Shown here: one piece after another, positions 58,898 through 64,000 of the stretch
Layout: every line of letters starts with the position of its first letter
How positions within the stretch are numbered: the stretch's first letter is position 1
From: an uncultured Chloroflexia bacterium
GTDB lineage: Bacteria > Chloroflexota > Limnocylindria > QHBO01
Assembly: GCA_963837425.1 (NCBI GenBank)
Contig: CAWINH010000002.1
Span: forward strand, 599,129 to 663,128
Direction: 5' to 3'
Length of the DNA stretch: 64,000 bases
The notes under the pieces: model-generated
Seen by the model: the letters and a program-made list of their open reading frames with translations, nothing else
Told to the model about the DNA's origin: nothing
The model's database searches: none
Made by a program: the position numbers and the translations under genes

Positions 58898-59914
58898 TGC
58901 TCCGGCTGCGTCAGGCAATCCCGATCGCAGCTGCGCTCCTCCTGCTCCTCGCGGCGCCGGTCTCTGCGGCGGCGACCAACCTGTGGTCGCTGACTCCGTC
59001 CGCGGTCACGGCAGTGGCCGGGGTTGAGACGACCGTGCAAGTTCACGGCCACGAATCTCCAGGTTCCCGCTCTCGGAGGGCAGGTCATCGGGTGCGTGCG
59101 GATGACGATCCCGAACGCCTATACGGCGAAGGCAGTCACGGTCGACGGCGTGTCGAACGGGAAGGCATGGAGCGCCAGCCTCAAGTCGGCGACGGTGTCC
59201 GTTCAGGCCGACGGCGACCCGAACCGGATCGAGTTCGCGGAGTCGGTGAAGTTCTCTGTCACGCTGGTGCCCAAGCTCGCGGGCGCGCAGACCCTGAACG
59301 CGCAGAGCTTCTCGGACACGTCGTGCAGCGGCGGCCAGTTCGGGCTCGCCGCCAAGGTCGTGGTCACGATCCTCCCGAGCCCGACACCGACGCCGACTCC
59401 GACGGCAACGCCGACGCCGACGCCCACGCCGAAGCCCACGCCGAAGCCCACGCCGAAGCCCACGCCGAAGCCCACGCCAAGGTCCACGCAGAGCCCACCC
59501 AGCCCAACGCCAAATCCGAGGGTCACTCCCGGTACGGCAACTACGCCTCTGCCGGCGGCCACCGCGCGCCCCACGCCCTCTCCCACCGGGGTCCCAACGG
59601 CGGCGGCCAGCCCGCGCCTCACACCCTCGCCCACCCGGACGCCGGCGGCCACGCCCGCACAGGACCCGGCAGCGGCTCTCAGCGTCGGCGAGGACGACGG
59701 GACCGGGACCACCGGCGGTGGCTCGCTGACCAACGCGGTCTCGACCGGGTTCGATCCGGGCGGGCTCGCGTTGTCCGTGCCCGCCGCCACCTTTGGATTG
59801 CCCGGCGTCGCGGTGATCGGGTGGGTCGCGCTGCAGGCCGGCGGCGGCCTGATCTGGCTCCCCATCGTACGGCGCTTCCGGCGGGGCAATGCCCCGCGGC
59901 GCAGGGTCGGTTAG
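58897..59914 (+). pseudogene. exported Pro/Thr-rich cell-surface protein with C-terminal TM anchor, one frameshift
   Basis: Signal peptide MLRLRQAIPIAAALLLLLAAPVSA in frame 1. From about 59035 the protein continues in ORF 59024..59914 (FTATNLQVPALGG...). TGATG overlap with the preceding gene. Confidence 0.6.
59423..59482 (+). repeat. 12-bp tandem repeat (CCCACGCCGAAG x4 plus one variant) encoding (PTPK)n
   Basis: Read directly: units at 59423, 59435, 59447 and 59459, with a variant at 59471. Embedded in a longer CCGACN/PT-coding low-complexity tract, about 59381-59660. Confidence 0.9.
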
Positions 59915-60006
59915 CGGTTCACCCGCTCACGCTTCAGCCGACGGATCAAGCCGCTCCGGCCATACCGCGGCGCCTGAGCATCGGGCTCCGCGCGTACCAT
60001 GCTCGC

Positions 60007-60732
60007 GTGCGGGGTGCCGACGAGCTCGAGGAGATCATGGCCGCTCAGGGCGATCCCGATCGCGCGGCAGCTGAGCAACGCTACCTCAAGAGCGATTTGC
60101 ACTTCCACGGCCTCACCCTGCCGCTGATCCAGCGGGTCGTGCGTGAGGAGATTCCGCCCGGAGCCATCGCGAATCGGGCGTCGCTGCGCGCGTTGGTGCA
60201 GGCGCTGTGGGCGGAGCCGGTGCACGAGCGACGCATGGCCGCAGTGATCCTGCTTGAGCGACATGCCGCGTTGCTCACTGCCGAGGACCTTGGTTTGCTC
60301 GAGCTCCTGCTGCGCGAGGCGCGAACATGGGCATACGTGGATGCCCTCGCCGCCAACGTGGTGGGACCCATCTGCGACAGGGATCCGTCCACCGGCCCAA
60401 CGCTCGATCGCTGGGCCGTTGATCCCGACTTCTGGATCCGTCGGGCGGCGCTCCTCTCGCATCTGCTCCGCATCCGCGCAGGTGGCTCGCTGGAGCGATT
60501 CCTGCACTACGCTGACGCGATGCTCGACGAGCGCGAATTCTTCATCCGCAAGGCCATCGGCTGGGTCCTGCGTGACGCCGGACGCAGGCGACCGGCCGAG
60601 GTAGTGGCCTGGCTCGCGCCCCGAACACATCGGGCCAGCGGCGTCACCATCCGCGAGGCCATCAAGCACCTTCCCGGTGCCGATGCCGAGCGCCTGATGG
60701 CCGCATACCGGGACCGCCGGCCTGCGGTCTGA
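60007..60732 (+). CDS. DNA alkylation repair protein (AlkD-like HEAT-repeat family)
   Basis: GTG at 60007 or ATG at 60037 within the long ORF ending at 60732. YLKSDLHFHG, HERRMAAVILLE, FFIRKAIGWVLRD. Confidence 0.75.
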   Translation: MRGADELEEIMAAQGDPDRAAAEQRYLKSDLHFHGLTLPLIQRVVREEIPPGAIANRASLRALVQALWAEPVHERRMAAVILLERHAALLTAEDLGLLELLLREARTWAYVDALAANVVGPICDRDPSTGPTLDRWAVDPDFWIRRAALLSHLLRIRAGGSLERFLHYADAMLDEREFFIRKAIGWVLRDAGRRRPAEVVAWLAPRTHRASGVTIREAIKHLPGADAERLMAAYRDRRPAV

Positions 60733-60917
60733 GCCGCTTCCACGGCGCGATTTCTCAGTCGCTGCGCTGCGTGTATTCCACGAACTCGCGCACCGCCGAG
60801 GTCGCCGATCCGATCGACCCAGCCGTTGGGCGCATTGCGGGCCAGCACGTGCATGGCCGCAATCCAGTTGGCGTCATGTGCGACCCCCTGCTCGGCGGGC
60901 GTCAACGGTGCGGACCG

Positions 60918-62342
60918 CTAGCCGATGGGGGTCGCGGGATCCCAACCCTCGAGGCGCTTGCGCACATCGGCCATGAAGTAGCCGACCTGCGCGCCGTCGA
61001 GCACGCGGTGGTCGAAGCTGCAGGTCATGTTCATCATCGGGCGAATGGCGATGATGTCCTCGCCGTCGACCTCGATCACGACCGGCCGCTTGACGATCGC
61101 CTCCATCGAGAGGATCGCGACCTCCGGGGCGTTGATGATCGGCATCGACGACACCGAGCCGAACCAGCCGGTGTTGTTCACCGTGAACGTGCCGCCCTGG
61201 ATCTCGTCGAGCTTGAGCTTGTTGGTGCGGGCCCGTGCCGCGAGGTCCTGGACGGCGTGGTTCACGCCGCTGATCGAGAGCTTGTCCGCGTCGTGGATCA
61301 CCGGCACCAGCAGCCCGTTGTCGACGGCGACCGCGATCCCGATGTTCATCTCCTGCTTGAGGATGACATGGTCATCGGCGAACTGGCTGTTCAGGGTCGG
61401 ATGCTGGCGGAGCGTTTCGGTGACGGCCTTGATGACCGCAGAAACGTAGCTCATGCCGATCCCCTCGCGCGCCTTGTAGGCGGCCTGGTTCGCCTCGCGC
61501 CAGCGGACGACGTTGTGCATGTCGACCTCGATGACGGTGTACGCGTGCGGCACCGTCTGCTTGACGCGCGTCATCTTGGCCGCGATGCCCTTCCGCATCT
61601 GGGAGAGCGGCAGCTCGGTGTCGCCCGCGGTGGGAGCGGGCGGCGGCGCGGGCGGCGCGAACGCGGGCGGTGAGGGAGCGGGCGCGAGCGGGGGCGATGG
61701 CGTGGGGGCCACCGGCTCCACGAGGGTCGGTGCGGCGGCCTGAGCCGGACTCGCGGCCACGGCTGGCTGAGCCCCGCGCTCGAGATAGGCGAGGACGTCG
61801 TCGCGGGTGACACGACCGCCGGCGCCGGTCCCGGCCAGCTGCGCGACGTCGATCCCATTCTCGCGGACGAGGCGCCGCACGGCGGGCGTCATGCGGAGGC
61901 TGCCATCGGTCGGCGTCGCCGCCGGCGGGGCCGCGACCTCGGCGGCCGCGGCCGGGGATGCTGTCGCCACCGCAGGCGGTGGTGGTTCGGCGGCCGCGGG
62001 CGGCGGTGTCGGCTCGACGTCGGGCTGTTGCGCGGCGATCGGCGCGGGCGGAGCTTCGCTCTCCCCGGCGAGGGCAGGCTCCGGCGCAGGGGCTTCGGTT
62101 CCGGCGCCATCCTCGATCTCGGCGAGGGGCGTGCCGACCTTCACGGTCTCGCCGTCACCCACGATGATCTTCGTGATCGTGCCGGCGACCTCCGACGGCA
62201 CCTCGGCGTTGACCTTGTCGGTTACGACCTCGAAGAGGGGGTCGTACTGCTCAACGGTGTCGCCCTCTGAGACCAGCCAGCGCTCGATCGTCCCCTCGGT
62301 GACCGATTCGCCGAGCTGCGGCATCTTGATGGTGGTTGGCAT
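60918..62342 (-). CDS. dihydrolipoamide acyltransferase (E2) of a 2-oxoacid dehydrogenase complex
   Basis: Lipoyl domain with EVVTDKVNAEV, Ala/Pro linkers, E1/E3-binding segment (MTPAVRRLVRENGID), catalytic DHRVLDG. Confidence 0.9.
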   Translation of the reverse strand: MPTTIKMPQLGESVTEGTIERWLVSEGDTVEQYDPLFEVVTDKVNAEVPSEVAGTITKIIVGDGETVKVGTPLAEIEDGAGTEAPAPEPALAGESEAPPAPIAAQQPDVEPTPPPAAAEPPPPAVATASPAAAAEVAAPPAATPTDGSLRMTPAVRRLVRENGIDVAQLAGTGAGGRVTRDDVLAYLERGAQPAVAASPAQAAAPTLVEPVAPTPSPPLAPAPSPPAFAPPAPPPAPTAGDTELPLSQMRKGIAAKMTRVKQTVPHAYTVIEVDMHNVVRWREANQAAYKAREGIGMSYVSAVIKAVTETLRQHPTLNSQFADDHVILKQEMNIGIAVAVDNGLLVPVIHDADKLSISGVNHAVQDLAARARTNKLKLDEIQGGTFTVNNTGWFGSVSSMPIINAPEVAILSMEAIVKRPVVIEVDGEDIIAIRPMMNMTCSFDHRVLDGAQVGYFMADVRKRLEGWDPATPIG

Positions 62343-62405
62343 TCGCTCGTCGTTCCTGCTCGCTGTCCTGTGCGTTCCATGCTACCCGTCCCGGCGCAAC
62401 CGGGG

Positions 62406-63393
62406 TCAATAGGCAGCCAGCCTGCGCGCCGCATCCACGATCTTCGGCGGGTCGATCATGTACCAGTCCTCGAGGACGTGGTGGTAGGGAACGCCCGGCA
62501 CCTCCGGCGCACCGAGGCGCATGACCGGCCCGTCGAGCAGCTCGAACCCCTCCTCGGCGATCGTCGCTGCGACCTCAGCGCCGAAGCCGCCGAATCGGTT
62601 TGCCTCGTGCACCACCAGCGCCTTGCCCGTGCGTCCCACCGACGCCAGCACCGTCTCGACGTCGAGGGGTCGCAGGGTGCGCAGGTCGACGACCTCGGCC
62701 TCCACGCCGTCCTCGCGCGCCAGCGTCTCCGCGGCCTCGAGGGCGCAGAAGCGCATGTAGCCGTAGCAGAAGATCGAGAGGTGCTTCCCGGGGCGGGCGA
62801 TCTGCGCCTGGCCCGATCGGTACCGCGCCGTCGTCCTCGGGCACCTCGGCCTTGAAGAGCCGGTACGTCTTCTTGTGCTCGAAGAACATGACCGGATCCG
62901 GGTCGCGAATTGCGGCCTTCAGCAGGCCGCGTGCGTCGGCCGGGGTTCCCGGCGCCACGACCTTGAGTCCAACGGTGGACGTGAAATAGGCCTCGTTCGA
63001 CTGGCTGTGGTACAGCGCTCCGTGCACGCCGCCGCCGTACGGCATGCGGATCACCATCGGCAGTCCGAAGGCGTTGTTGGAGCGGTACCGCATCCGGCTG
63101 ATCTCGGACACGATCTGGTTGAAGGCGGGGTAGACGAAGTCGGCGAACTGCATCTCGGCGACCGGCCGCAGGCCGTAGATCGCGGCACCCGCGGCGCAGC
63201 CCGCGATCATCCCCTCGGTGAGCGGCGTGTCGAGGACGCGCTTCTCGCCGTACTTCGCGAAGAGCCCCTCGGTGGCGCCAAAGACGCCGCCCTTCTTCCC
63301 GACGTCCTCACCCATGACCATCACCGTCGGATCGCGCTCCATCTCCTCGTCGAGGGCCAGGCGAATCGACTCGAGGACATTCAGCTCGGCCAT
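62406..63393 (-). pseudogene. 2-oxoacid dehydrogenase E1 beta subunit, one frameshift
   Basis: The N-terminal 2/3 is in ORF 62575..63393 and the C-terminal part in 62406..62756. The frames join at about 62815, where atcGGGcc would restore ...VPIGQAQIARPGKHLSIFCYGYM... if it read atcGGcc. Confidence 0.8.
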
Positions 63394-63395
63394 CG

Positions 63396-64000
63396 TCAGC
63401 GCCCCTCCTGCGCGTAGACGTGGAGCTCCGCGGTGGCGAGATCGGGCTCCGGCCGCGCCTCGGCTCGCTTGCTCGCCTCGTTGACCTCGGCCTTCACCTC
63501 GGCCCGCAGCTCGTCGTCGCGGGCGTCGTCGAGGAGGCCCATCGTCCGCAGCTCGCGCCCGAAAATGAGCAACGGGTCCTGGTCCTTCAGTGACTCGACC
63601 TCCGCGGGGTCGCGATAGCGCCGCTGATCGTCGTCCGACGAGTGGCTCGTCAGCCTCACGACGCGGGCCTCGATGAGCGTCGGTCCCTCGCCGCGCCGCG
63701 CGCGCTCGTGCGCCTCCCGGGCCGCAGCGTAGCAGCCGAGGACGTCGCCCCCATCAACGGTGATACCCGGGAAGCCGTAGCCCTGGGCGCGGACTGCGAC
63801 CGACTTGCCGCCCACCTGCTTCTCGAGCGGCACGCTGATCGCGTAGCCGTTGTTCTCGCACACGAAGATGACCGGCAGCTTGTGGACGCCGGCGAAGTTC
63901 ATCGCCTCGTGGACCTCGCCCTGGTTCGACGAGCCCTCGCCGAAGCTCGTCATGGCGACGACGTCGTCGCCGCGGATCCATGCCGCCATCGCGATCCCCA
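63396..64000 (-). CDS. 2-oxoacid dehydrogenase E1 alpha subunit (TPP-dependent), 5' end beyond the window
   Basis: GEGSSNQGEVHEAMNFA...PVIFVCENNGYAIS TPP-binding region. Stop at 63396, 2 nt before the E1 beta start. Confidence 0.85.
   Translation of the reverse strand, partial: GIAMAAWIRGDDVVAMTSFGEGSSNQGEVHEAMNFAGVHKLPVIFVCENNGYAISVPLEKQVGGKSVAVRAQGYGFPGITVDGGDVLGCYAAAREAHERARRGEGPTLIEARVVRLTSHSSDDDQRRYRDPAEVESLKDQDPLLIFGRELRTMGLLDDARDDELRAEVKAEVNEASKRAEARPEPDLATAELHVYAQEGR

Noticed and set aside
59381-59660. The repeat tract as a CRISPR array or non-coding satellite.
   Set aside because: The units are 12 bp and contiguous, with no spacers. They are in frame within a signal-peptide protein and encode a Pro/Thr/Lys linker.

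Overview
High-GC (about 70% by eye) bacterial chromosomal segment. It is densely coded, and many genes are linked by 4-nt start/stop overlaps (ATGA/GTGA/TTGA). I cannot assign a taxon from sequence alone; the gene content fits an aerobic Chloroflexota- or Actinomycetota-like organism. Most of the window is housekeeping or redox metabolism:
- ApbE / ferric-reductase-like membrane protein / NuoF-like / ferredoxin operon followed by an OmpR-type two-component system.
- MFS-TetR unit.
- CtaG-DsbB-TlpA-lipoprotein maturation operon.
- MacB-type ABC exporter.
- Cytochrome c / Rieske / cytochrome b-c operon.
- Small lipid or polyketide-like cluster (SRPBCC, methyltransferase, FAD oxidoreductase, SRPBCC, KAS).
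- Two ABC-2 exporters.
- AceE, NDH-2, PlsY and a PgsA-like gene.
- LipA/LipB and an E1alpha/E1beta/E2 2-oxoacid dehydrogenase.

The clearly accessory part is 28.0-32.4 kb. There the upstream region plus 5' half of tRNA-Arg(TCG) occurs three times in direct orientation, and only the last copy is a complete tRNA. The copies bracket two small, lower-GC cassettes with no recombinase: one carries a Fic protein, the other a papain-fold peptidase plus a lipoprotein. Each truncated copy is followed by a conserved 65-nt extension. I consider this the most unusual structure in the window.

Two further points stand out:
- A DUF2089/DUF4097/SHOCT-like three-gene operon sits behind a perfect TTGACA-N17-TATGAT promoter and an AT-rich leader of about 200 nt.
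- A 43.8-52 kb zone has essential genes broken by many single-base frameshifts at short homopolymers. This is probably sequence error rather than biology, but it is unevenly distributed.

All calls rest on reading the six-frame translations and the DNA by eye. No database search, HMM or folding program was run.
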